The notes beneath the pieces are model-generated. The model was not told the origin of the DNA. It saw only the letters and a program-made list of their open reading frames with translations, and made no database searches. Source: Gammaproteobacteria bacterium (GTDB lineage: Bacteria > Pseudomonadota > Gammaproteobacteria > Eutrophobiales > Eutrophobiaceae). From it: 64,000 nucleotides of DNA. Numbering within the stretch: position 1 is the stretch's first letter; each line of letters starts with the position of its first letter. Below are positions 26,633-34,759 of this stretch, piece after piece. A program made the position numbers and the translations under genes. The stretch lies in NCBI GenBank assembly GCA_965116585.1, contig OZ220714.1:2309247-2373246 (forward strand), in the 5' to 3' direction.

Positions 26633-26755
26633 ATCCTGGGAATCAGTAGTGAAGGTGGGACATTCGCAGCTGATATGGGAAGATTGGACCAGATGAATAT
26701 TGCCCGTATGCAGGGCAACAAGGTGTATTGCGATGGCAGCTACTAACTTTGATAT
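26633..26755. repeat. ~80% identical copy of the island-internal left-border segment 7612..7740 (the HepT 3' flank)
   Basis: TATCCTGGGAATCAGTAGTGAAGGTGGGACATTCGCAGC...GATGAATATTGCCCGTATGCAGG aligns with 7612..7740. Confidence 0.6.
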
Positions 26756-26985
26756 CATCGAAATCAATATGCGCCTGTTCCTTGACATTTACAACTTATG
26801 AACTAAATTCGAAATTGAAAATTGGGGTATTCCCGGTCGACATTGGGGTTCTGGAGTTTTCCGGAGCCTCTTTTGTTTTTTGCTGTATGGAAACACTTTC
26901 TTTTCTGTCAGTTTGGACCTGATAATCTCATATGCTCGGTTGGGTTGTCCCGACTAAAGACGTTCAGAGCAACGGGCTTAGGTAT

Positions 26986-27157
26986 CCTTGGATATCGCTG
27001 AGATATGCTACCATTAGCTCCACAAAAAAGAACAGCCGCGTTAGCGGCGGCTGTCGGGCCGTGGCTCCCTTCCTGTCATGACAAGGCATGGGCACACCAA
27101 CGGTGAGGTTGAGCAAAGTCTATTATAACACCCGACACTGTGTCAATGATTTGAATC
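26986..27157. repeat. Copy 3 (longest) of the intergenic repeat family
   Basis: CCTTGGATATCGCTGAGATATGCTACCATTAGCTCCACAAAAAAGAACAGCCGCGTTAGCGGCGGCTGTCGGG...GATTTGAATCA. Confidence 0.7.
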
Positions 27158-27341
27158 ACAAGCCAGGTACCCTCATCCGGCATCGAAAGCGTTACATCAA
27201 GATAAATCCACTTTATGGTGGTATTTCAGACAGAATATGTTGTTTATTACCTTGTATTTTTGACAATTACTGTTAATAATAACCTTGTATTTTTGACATT
27301 TCTGTATTATAGTGCCTTCTTATTTGCCGGAGGTACCAACC

Positions 27342-28670
27342 ATGAAGCGTTCTATTGATGCCGTGCTGCGAGCCTGGAAGGATTCTTCCGGGCGCAAGCC
27401 GTTATTGATCCGGGGGGCGCGTCAGGTAGGCAAATCCTGGTCCGTGCAGCGCTTTGGCAAGCAGGAATTCGCTGATATGGCAGTCATCAATCTTGAATCG
27501 GAGCCGCATGTTGCGGAGTTGTTCCGGAGCATGAACCCCAGGGAGATACTGAACAAGATCGAAATACTGACCGGGCAAAAGGTGGTTCCCGGCAGAACAC
27601 TGTTGTTTATCGACGAGATTCAGGCGTTTCCCAAGGCTGTTTCGGCGTTGCGTTACTTCTATGAGGAAGCCCCGGAACTGCACGTGATCGCGGCAGGTTC
27701 GTTGCTGGAATTAACCCTGCATGCAAGCGGTATTTCCATGCCGGTGGGGCGTGTTCAATACCTGTATATGAAGCCCATGAGTTTTGAAGAATTTCTCATT
27801 GCGCAGGGGCAGGAAACGGTAGTTGAAGCGCTCAGACACAATCGGAGTTTGTTCGAAGAACCGGTGGTTCACGACACCCTGCTTGACCGGGTAAGACAAT
27901 ACCTGCTCATCGGCGGCATGCCCGAAGTGGTGGCAGAATACCGGGAATCCGGGAACTACGAACATTGCCGCCAGATCCAGACCTCCCTGCTACAGACCTA
28001 CCGGGACGATTTCAACAAATATGTAAAATCCGGACGACATGAAAACGTCGGCAAGGTATTCCAGTCCGCCGTGCAACAGGTGGGAAACAAGTTCAAATAT
28101 GCCAGGGTTGACCCTGACGAACTCTCCAGAAATATAAAAACTGCCCTGGAATTACTAACGCTGGCCGGTGTGTATCACAAAGTCGTCAAGTCATCTGCTG
28201 AGGGTTTGCCCCTGGGAGCAAATATCAATGAGCATTTTTTCAAGGTGCTGTTTCTTGACGTCGGCCTGATGCAAAATCTCTGTGGTCTGGCGACGGATAT
28301 TATCCGGGAAAAGGACTTGATGGCGATCTACCACGGCGCGTTAATGGAACAATTTGTCGGGCAGGAACTGATTGCCTGTCAGGACTGTTTCACCAGGCCG
28401 GCGCTGTATTACTGGGCCAGGGAAGCCAGAAACAGCAGTGCGGAGATTGATTTTGTCTGCCAGTCCGGTACCAACCTGGTCCCGATAGAGGTAAAAGCCG
28501 GGAAAACCGGGCGGCTCAGAAGCCTGCACCAGTATCTCGCAGAAAAACAACAAGGATGGGGAGTTAAAATATCGACCGCGCCGCTGCAATATGAAAAGCC
28601 GGTGTTATCCATTCCCTTTTATATGGTCAACCATTGGCAGGCATTGTGGGAGGTCCGGGAGAGGGATTAA
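27342..28670 (+). CDS. ATPase with AAA (PF13173-like) and DUF4143 domains
   Basis: Walker A RGARQVGKS and Walker B LLFIDEIQ; a GGAGG ribosome-binding site before the ATG at 27342. Confidence 0.75.
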   Translation: MKRSIDAVLRAWKDSSGRKPLLIRGARQVGKSWSVQRFGKQEFADMAVINLESEPHVAELFRSMNPREILNKIEILTGQKVVPGRTLLFIDEIQAFPKAVSALRYFYEEAPELHVIAAGSLLELTLHASGISMPVGRVQYLYMKPMSFEEFLIAQGQETVVEALRHNRSLFEEPVVHDTLLDRVRQYLLIGGMPEVVAEYRESGNYEHCRQIQTSLLQTYRDDFNKYVKSGRHENVGKVFQSAVQQVGNKFKYARVDPDELSRNIKTALELLTLAGVYHKVVKSSAEGLPLGANINEHFFKVLFLDVGLMQNLCGLATDIIREKDLMAIYHGALMEQFVGQELIACQDCFTRPALYYWAREARNSSAEIDFVCQSGTNLVPIEVKAGKTGRLRSLHQYLAEKQQGWGVKISTAPLQYEKPVLSIPFYMVNHWQALWEVRERD

Positions 28671-28677
28671 TTTCTTT

Positions 28678-29808
28678 CTACCCTCTTGATGGTTGCACCG
28701 CTACTCTTACGATGAACAGGAAGGACAGCAGCATGACGCTGATGCCCATCCAGAGGACGGGGGTGAAACTGTCTGAGGTCTGCAACAGGGCGGCGCAGGC
28801 GGGTCCGGTTGAGGTGCCGACCGCGGCTACGAGGTTGGACAGGATCAGCAACCTGCCCGTGGTATCCACGTTGGCGATGGATGCCATGATGTAGGGCAGG
28901 GTGAAATACCAGGCAAAGGTGAACAGCCCTACACTGATTACGTAGCTGGTGGTAGAGAAATCCGTCAGCAACAGTGCCGTGCAGAAGACTGCCAGCGCGG
29001 TGCCCAGCGCAACCGGAAGGAGGCGACTGAAACGGGTGGACAGCGCGGCCGTGGCCATGGAACCCAGGAAACCGAGAAACAGGCTGGCGGACAGCGCATA
29101 ACCGATAGTATGGGGCGCGATGCCGCCGGCATTACCGATGCGTTCGTAGTAAGTCCAGACGCCCATGATGCCGGCTTCGAACAGAAACAGGCCGATAAAA
29201 CCGAGCCCTACCAGGATGGGCACCGAACCTGTGGCTTTGACCTCCTGGGCTTGTTCAATTTCCCCGTGGTCGGGGATATAGCGGATGAACACCAGCAACA
29301 GGGCATGCAGTCCTGCCAGCAGCAGGAATACCGCGCCGACCCCGTAATCCGCGATCAGGTCAGGAAGAAATATCACTCCCAGTGAACCTGCCAGTAATTG
29401 CAGGCCGAACCAGTAGCCGAGACTGCGGTCCGGGTCCGGGGTGCGGTGAATGACGGCCATACAGACGGCCAGCAGTATGCCGGCCGCAAATCCGCACATG
29501 AAGCGGGTGGCCAGGTAGGGAGTAAAATCCGTGAGTGAACCGGTAACCAGGTTCATCAGGATGATCACACCCACGGAGCAATACAACGCCAGGCGCCAAC
29601 TGACCTTTCTTACCCAGATTGCGGCAGGGATGGGCGCCAGGGCAAAACCGGCCAGCTCCACAGAGATGATGTAGCCACCCTGCTGGTTGCTGAACCCCAG
29701 TTGCGTCACGTATCCGCCTACCAGCAAGGGCGCGATAAAATATATCGCCGCACCGAAGGTGTTCAACAACGACAGGATGGTGAGGGTGCGATAGGGTACG
29801 GAGGCCAT
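28678..29808 (-). CDS. MFS-type membrane transporter
   Basis: 12-helix-like hydrophobic pattern, 376 aa. Confidence 0.6.
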   Translation of the reverse strand: MASVPYRTLTILSLLNTFGAAIYFIAPLLVGGYVTQLGFSNQQGGYIISVELAGFALAPIPAAIWVRKVSWRLALYCSVGVIILMNLVTGSLTDFTPYLATRFMCGFAAGILLAVCMAVIHRTPDPDRSLGYWFGLQLLAGSLGVIFLPDLIADYGVGAVFLLLAGLHALLLVFIRYIPDHGEIEQAQEVKATGSVPILVGLGFIGLFLFEAGIMGVWTYYERIGNAGGIAPHTIGYALSASLFLGFLGSMATAALSTRFSRLLPVALGTALAVFCTALLLTDFSTTSYVISVGLFTFAWYFTLPYIMASIANVDTTGRLLILSNLVAAVGTSTGPACAALLQTSDSFTPVLWMGISVMLLSFLFIVRVAVQPSRG

Positions 29809-29910
29809 TAGCGGGATACTAACATGGATGGACGGGACAGAATCATACTTTCAGTTTCCATTGATGAAAATGGCCAGCTTGCCAATAAACCTTGTTCATT
29901 CTGGCTTCAT

Positions 29911-30018
29911 TCGTCATTCCGGGCTTGACCCGGAATCCAGTCAAACAAGCAACTCCTCATAAAGTGCGCAAACAACGCGGGGGGTTCTACTGGATTCCTG
30001 CTTTCGCAAATGACGAAC
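29911..30018. repeat. Pair of inverted REP-like palindromes (CGTCATTCC-hairpin-GGAATCCAGT family)
   Basis: 29911..29945 TCGTCATTCCGGGCTTGACCCGGAATCCAGT, with the inverse orientation at 29988..30018. The same family occurs at 3140..3170, 37493..37588 and 62669..62703. Confidence 0.7.
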
Positions 30019-30104
30019 ACGGCGCTATTTATGTCGTTACGAATAGACTTGAATAACGAGGTAATTGCTGTTGTTATACCCGTATCTTACCCAGGAAATA
30101 CAAA

Positions 30105-30956
30105 ATGAATTGGCGAGACTATCCGCTGGAGGAACTGCGCCGTCAGTATCTTACCAACCTGACGCCCGGCATGGGCGACCACGTACGCCGCTACGAGGAA
30201 CTCAGTGAGGAACTTGTGCGCACGATGCCCGGTGAGCTGGACGTGGCTTACGGCCCTGCCGGGCCGCGCCAGACCCTGGACATCTTCACTCCTGAAGCAG
30301 ACCGTGCGCCCATCCTGGTCTTCATCCACGGCGGCTACTGGTTCTTCAACAGCAAGGATCCGCGACGTTTTCCGGCGCGGGAGTTCATCCCCCGCGGCAT
30401 TGCCTGGGTTCCCATCAATTACCGGCTGGCGCCCACCGTGCCCATGGGCGACATCGTGGCCGACGTTAGAAACACGGTGCAGTGGTTGTACCACCATGCG
30501 GAGGATTACGGTTGTGACCCCGACCGGATTTACGTGAGCGGCAACTCCGCCGGCGGTCACCTTACCGCGGAATTGCTCAGCGATGACTGGACGGAGCAGT
30601 ACGGCCTGCCCGCGGACGTGGTAAAAGGCGCCTGCGCTATCAGCGGCCTGTACGACCTGGAACCGCTGCTGCAATGCGAACCCAATGAAAAACTGCGGCT
30701 GGATCTTGAATCCGCCAGACGCTACAGCCCGATTTACCACCTGTCCGGACAGCCCACGCCTGCCGTCATTGCTTGCGGTGGAAATGAGTCCGCCGAATTC
30801 CGCCGCCAGACTGCAACCTATGCGGACACTCTCAAAGAGGCTGGGTATCCCGTCACCCACATGGAGGTTGCCGGTCACGACCACTTTTCCATTATCGGTG
30901 AACTGGCCAACCCGGAAAGCCCGCTGTTCCAGGCCGTCATCAAGATGATTGTGTAA
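30105..30956 (+). CDS. Alpha/beta-hydrolase fold esterase (arylformamidase/carboxylesterase-like)
   Basis: HGGYW oxyanion motif and GNSAGGH nucleophile elbow. Confidence 0.75.
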   Translation: MNWRDYPLEELRRQYLTNLTPGMGDHVRRYEELSEELVRTMPGELDVAYGPAGPRQTLDIFTPEADRAPILVFIHGGYWFFNSKDPRRFPAREFIPRGIAWVPINYRLAPTVPMGDIVADVRNTVQWLYHHAEDYGCDPDRIYVSGNSAGGHLTAELLSDDWTEQYGLPADVVKGACAISGLYDLEPLLQCEPNEKLRLDLESARRYSPIYHLSGQPTPAVIACGGNESAEFRRQTATYADTLKEAGYPVTHMEVAGHDHFSIIGELANPESPLFQAVIKMIV

Positions 30957-31046
30957 GCCGCCTGGAGTATTATCATCTTGAATATCTGATAACGGAGAGA
31001 CGACTGTGGAGTTCAACCTGACCCTGCAAGAAAATAGAGAACCATA

Positions 31047-31422
31047 ATGGGTAACCAGGCAGACATGCAGGAGATGATCGAACTGTTCGAAGCGGAGTTG
31101 CGGCTCTGCGGGCTGGATTCCAGCCAGAAGCTCGCGGTGCTTTCGGAAGGCGAAAACCTGCAGGATTACGCTGAAGCATTTCGGCTGGGGTCTGAACGAG
31201 GACGCAAAGTGGGACGTGACGTTACCGGGGATCTGTATGGACGGGCGCGCCTATTACGGCAACGTTCTGTTTTCCACCGGCCCCAACACCGAGTTCGGCG
31301 GCGACAACGACACCGCTTGCCACCTGGACCTGCCCATGAAAAACTGCTCACTGTGGCTGGACAACGACATCATCGTAAAAGACGGCCAGGTAATCCCTGA
31401 AGACTTACAAGCACGAGGATAA
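31047..31422 (+). pseudogene. Remnant of an aminopeptidase-T/M29-like gene with an internal deletion or frameshift
   Basis: Frame-3 ORF has a credible ~50-aa N-terminus and then Arg-rich junk. Frame 1 carries a credible C-terminus ...GNVLFSTGPNTEFGGDNDTACHLDLPMKNCSLWLDNDIIVKDGQVI. Confidence 0.35.
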
Positions 31423-31427
31423 TATCA

Positions 31428-31811
31428 ATGATTGAAGCACTGAGTTCAAACAACCTGCCGGCGCCCCGGTTCCGCTACAGCCCGCTGGTCAAGGCGGGGC
31501 CGTTCTACAAAACCGCCGGCATGATCGCCCTGAACAAGGAAACTGGCCAACTGGAACCAGGCGGCGCCGGCCCGGAGACAGCCAGGATCCTCAGCAACCT
31601 GCTGGAAGCCCTGCCCGATTTCGGTCTGACCCTGGACGACCTGGTCAGCGCAACCATCTTCACCACGCAAATGGACCGGTTCCCGGATATCAACAAGGCA
31701 TGGGAAGCGGTATTCAGCGCCGACATGCGCCTGCCCGCCCGCACGGCCGTCGGCGCCACGGCATTGCCCATCAATGCCGCGGTGGAGATGGAGTTCTGGT
31801 TTTATAAATAA
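31428..31811 (+). CDS. ridA: RidA/YjgF/L-PSP family protein
   Basis: 127 aa; ...APRFRYSPLVKAGPFYKTAG...PARTAVGATALPINAAVEMEF are family signatures. Confidence 0.8.
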   Translation: MIEALSSNNLPAPRFRYSPLVKAGPFYKTAGMIALNKETGQLEPGGAGPETARILSNLLEALPDFGLTLDDLVSATIFTTQMDRFPDINKAWEAVFSADMRLPARTAVGATALPINAAVEMEFWFYK

Positions 31812-31844
31812 AATCAGATTATTGGTACAGAGCGAATAAATACT

Positions 31845-31892
31845 TGTTACTTCCCATTTTGGGAATGATAATTCCCAAAATGGGAAGTAACA
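31845..31892. terminator. 48-bp near-perfect palindrome (22-bp arms, 4-bp spacer) between ridA and the redoxin gene; likely a bidirectional terminator or regulatory hairpin
   Basis: TGTTACTTCCCATTTTGGGAAT-GATA-ATTCCCAAAATGGGAAGTAACA. Confidence 0.45.
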
Positions 31893-31926
31893 TAACAGAC
31901 TCTGTATCTAAACTAAGGAGTGTAAC

Positions 31927-32592
31927 TTGAAAAAAATCCTTAAAGGTTTTGTAGCGGTCGCGATTATCCTGGGCCTGCCCTTTGCGGCTGTCATGCTGGA
32001 TACCCCGCCCATCAAACTTTTCGGCGGCAAGGTCATTGGACTCCTTGAAGGCCCCGTTACCGGCGGTATGTTCGTTTCCGAAGATACGGATGGTTTCAGC
32101 CCGGGCCTGCCAATCGGCGCCAGGTTCCCTGCTATCCGGGCACTTTATATGGGGCAGGAGATCACCAGCATCGAACAGTTTATGGGCGCGCGCGGGGCAG
32201 TCTTTGTTGCGGTACGTTCGGCGGACTGGTGACCCTACTGCAGAAGGCAGCTCGTGCAGTTGCAGGAACAGGAAGCGGACTTCGAGGAGGCCGGTATCGG
32301 CATTGTTGCGATTACTTATGATGCGCCGGAGCTGCAACAGGTGTTCATTGATGCTGCTTCCATTACCTACCCGCTCCTCTCGGATGTCGATGCGGTAACT
32401 ATTAAGACTCTTGGCATCCTGAACGAGCAGTACGAACGGGGGGATACAGCATACGGGATCCCTCACCCAGGAGTATTCGTAATTGATCCGGAGATGAATA
32501 TCGCCGGCAAGATATTCGTTGAGGATTATCAGGTGCGGGTGGACGGCGAGGGCACACTCGCTTACGCGCTGGAAGTCCTGAACGCGCTTTAA
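31927..32592 (+). CDS. Secreted AhpC/TSA-family redoxin (thiol:disulfide oxidoreductase/peroxiredoxin-like); candidate selenoprotein with in-frame TGA (Sec) at 32230..32232
   Basis: Two same-frame ORFs (31927..32232 and 32254..32592) are separated only by a TGA. Read-through gives ...FVAVRSADW-U-PYCRRQLVQLQEQEADFEEAGIGIVAITYDAPEL...PLLSD...GVFVIDP, with Sec at the first Cys of the CxxC motif. A CTGCAG...TGCAG stem-loop follows the TGA. TTG start with an AAGGAG ribosome-binding site; signal peptide. Confidence 0.55.
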
Positions 32593-33947
32593 TCCTCCCC
32601 CATCAGCGCTTTGGTAACCCCGTCGTGGAGCGAAGCGTCGATCATCTCCGGCAGGTGGATGGTGCGCAGGTCGGCTACATCATCCATGCCCTGGACCGGC
32701 GCTGTGGGTGGGTTTTCCGGTTCACCCAGTTGTGCGGCGCGCTCGGCGTTGGTGGTTCCGATCTTCTGCTCCTCCCGCAAGTATTCCGGTTTGCCGTCCG
32801 CCGCGCGGAACAGCGGCATGACTTCCTCGGCGAACATCTGCATGTTTTTCTGGGCCATCCAGTTGGGCATGGGGCCGGAGGGTGAACCGGCGCAGAGCAC
32901 CCCGCCGGCGCCGAGTTCATCGCAGTACTGTGCGTAACCTTCCGCCACGGTCTGGGGTGAACCGACGATGATGTACCCCTGCTTGATCAGGTCGTCGTAG
33001 CTCAGGTCCTTGGGCGCTTTGGCGCCTTTATCGAGCACGGCCGACCAGTAACCGCGGAAGGACCGATCGCTCAGGTAGCCGGGCGGGAAATAATGGGTGG
33101 GCTTGATCTTGAGGCCGGTGTTGAACAGCCATTGCATGTGCGCCTTGGCTTCCCGGTGCGCCTGCTTGTCGGTTTCCGCGACATAAGTGGGGATGGCCGC
33201 CATGCACTGGTCCCTGGGCAACTCGTAACCGCACAATTCCGCTTCTTCCTTCAGCTTGTCGAAGGCCCATTTGCACATCCAGGTGGGTGCGAAAATCATC
33301 ATGTAGGTGTAACGGTTCCGGGCGCATTCACGCAGGGTCTCCAGGGAGCCCATGCCCGGCAACCATACCGGCGGGTGGGGTTTCTGGATGGGGCGCGGCC
33401 ACAGGTTGACGTTGGGGATGTAATAGTGCTTGCCCTGCCAGGTGAACGGCCCGGGTTCGGTCCAGGCCTTGAGAATAAGTTCATTCGCCTCCCAGAAGCG
33501 CTCCACGGAATCCGTGGGAGAGACGGGATTGTTGAAGTATTCGCAACCAATGCCGCGTACGAAGCCGGAAATAATGCGCCCGCCGGAGATCACGTCCAGC
33601 ATGGCAATCTCCTCGGCGACCCGCACCGGGTTGCCATGCAACGGGATGGCGTTGCCGACGATGCCGACCGGCATGCGCTGCGTGCGGGTGACCACCATGG
33701 CGGCAATCAGGTTGGGAGAGGGCATGGTGCCGTAGGCATTGGCGTGGTGTTCGTTCACGATGGCGCCGTCATAGCCGTATTTTTCCGCCGCCACCAGCAG
33801 GTCGATATACTCGTTGTAGAGTTGATGCCCGCGTACCGGGTCATAATGGGTATTGGAAAGCGTCACCCAGGACGAATCGAACTCACTGGATTTGGGTACG
33901 TAGCCGTAGGGCATCAGGTGGAAAAAGTAGAATTTCAGCTTGTTCAT
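32589..33947 (-). CDS. LLM-class (luciferase-like) flavin-dependent oxidoreductase
   Basis: 452 aa; ...FYFFHLMPYGYVP...IVNEHHANAYGTMPSPNLIAA... is typical of the family. Confidence 0.7.
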   Translation of the reverse strand: MNKLKFYFFHLMPYGYVPKSSEFDSSWVTLSNTHYDPVRGHQLYNEYIDLLVAAEKYGYDGAIVNEHHANAYGTMPSPNLIAAMVVTRTQRMPVGIVGNAIPLHGNPVRVAEEIAMLDVISGGRIISGFVRGIGCEYFNNPVSPTDSVERFWEANELILKAWTEPGPFTWQGKHYYIPNVNLWPRPIQKPHPPVWLPGMGSLETLRECARNRYTYMMIFAPTWMCKWAFDKLKEEAELCGYELPRDQCMAAIPTYVAETDKQAHREAKAHMQWLFNTGLKIKPTHYFPPGYLSDRSFRGYWSAVLDKGAKAPKDLSYDDLIKQGYIIVGSPQTVAEGYAQYCDELGAGGVLCAGSPSGPMPNWMAQKNMQMFAEEVMPLFRAADGKPEYLREEQKIGTTNAERAAQLGEPENPPTAPVQGMDDVADLRTIHLPEMIDASLHDGVTKALMGED

Positions 33948-34747
33948 CAGGCGTTCTCCTCAATGAACTTCAACAGGGCAGCGGCGGTCTCGCCGGGGCG
34001 TTCGACGCACAGCACGTGACCGGTCTCCGGGATGGTGACGGTTGTTGCGCCGGGTATTACTTCGGCATAACGGTCGGCCATCTCGTTGGGTATGAGCCGA
34101 TCATCTTCAGCTTTGACCACCAGGCCTGGGCATTGCAGCCTCTGCAAGCGGCGCTCCAGGGCCAGATTATAACGTGGCGACCAGACCAGCTTGGCAAAGG
34201 TGGAGGACTCAAAGTGGGAGTGGCAGAGCTCATCAAAATCATTCGGGTCTTCAGCAACGGCTAACATCGTACTTTTGTCGTTGAAGCCCAGGCCGGCCAT
34301 TTCTTCCGGCGACAGTTGGAAATAGTCAACGCCGGGATTATCCGGCAGGCGCAGCCCTATGGGCACGATCAGGGTCAGCGACTTCAAGCGTCGGGGATAG
34401 TAGGAGGCAAACTCTGCCGCAGTCCAGCCTCCCAGGGACCAGCCGATCAGGTGTACGGTATCAATATCCAGTTCAGCCAGGAATTGATCGTAATGGATGA
34501 CCAGATCGTTGAAACTCTCCAGCCAGTCCGGGCGCGGGGTTTCACCAAAGCCCGGATGTTCCGGCGCGATAAAATCGACTTTCTCCGCAAGCAGTTCATA
34601 CATGGGCAACCACCTGCGCGTCAGTCCTGCGCCGTGCAGGAACAGCACCGGTTCACCCCGACCCTTGCGCCGGTAGGCCGTGCGCAGGCCGTTTACGTCG
34701 ATAAACTCGGGTTGCGTGTAATAGTTACGCGGTTTGGGGACAGTCAT
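33947..34747 (-). CDS. Alpha/beta hydrolase
   Basis: VLFLHGAG and GWSLGG nucleophile motifs. Confidence 0.75.
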   Translation of the reverse strand: MTVPKPRNYYTQPEFIDVNGLRTAYRRKGRGEPVLFLHGAGLTRRWLPMYELLAEKVDFIAPEHPGFGETPRPDWLESFNDLVIHYDQFLAELDIDTVHLIGWSLGGWTAAEFASYYPRRLKSLTLIVPIGLRLPDNPGVDYFQLSPEEMAGLGFNDKSTMLAVAEDPNDFDELCHSHFESSTFAKLVWSPRYNLALERRLQRLQCPGLVVKAEDDRLIPNEMADRYAEVIPGATTVTIPETGHVLCVERPGETAAALLKFIEENA

Positions 34748-34759
34748 ATCTGTTTCCTC

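Noticed and set aside
8538-27157. Could the three intergenic repeats be a CRISPR array or integron attC sites?
   Set aside because: The copies are 120-170 bp long and 5-13 kb apart, with no regular spacing, so this is not CRISPR. No IntI integrase is present. The units do not have the R''-L''/L'-R' core structure (GTTAGCG does not fit GTTRRRY), and the cassettes are not uniformly oriented, so an integron is unlikely.
7593-28670. Integrase / recombinase for the island
   Set aside because: No ORF in the accessory region shows tyrosine-recombinase (R..HxxR..Y) or serine-recombinase signatures. The only transposase is the IS66 TnpC-like protein, which belongs to the nested IS and not to the island.
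31927-32592. Explaining the in-frame TGA as a simple pseudogene or sequencing error
   Set aside because: Not excluded. However, the stop falls exactly on the catalytic CxxC first-Cys position, both flanking ORFs are intact, and a hairpin follows it, which is the pattern expected for Sec. It is therefore reported as a candidate selenoprotein rather than dismissed.
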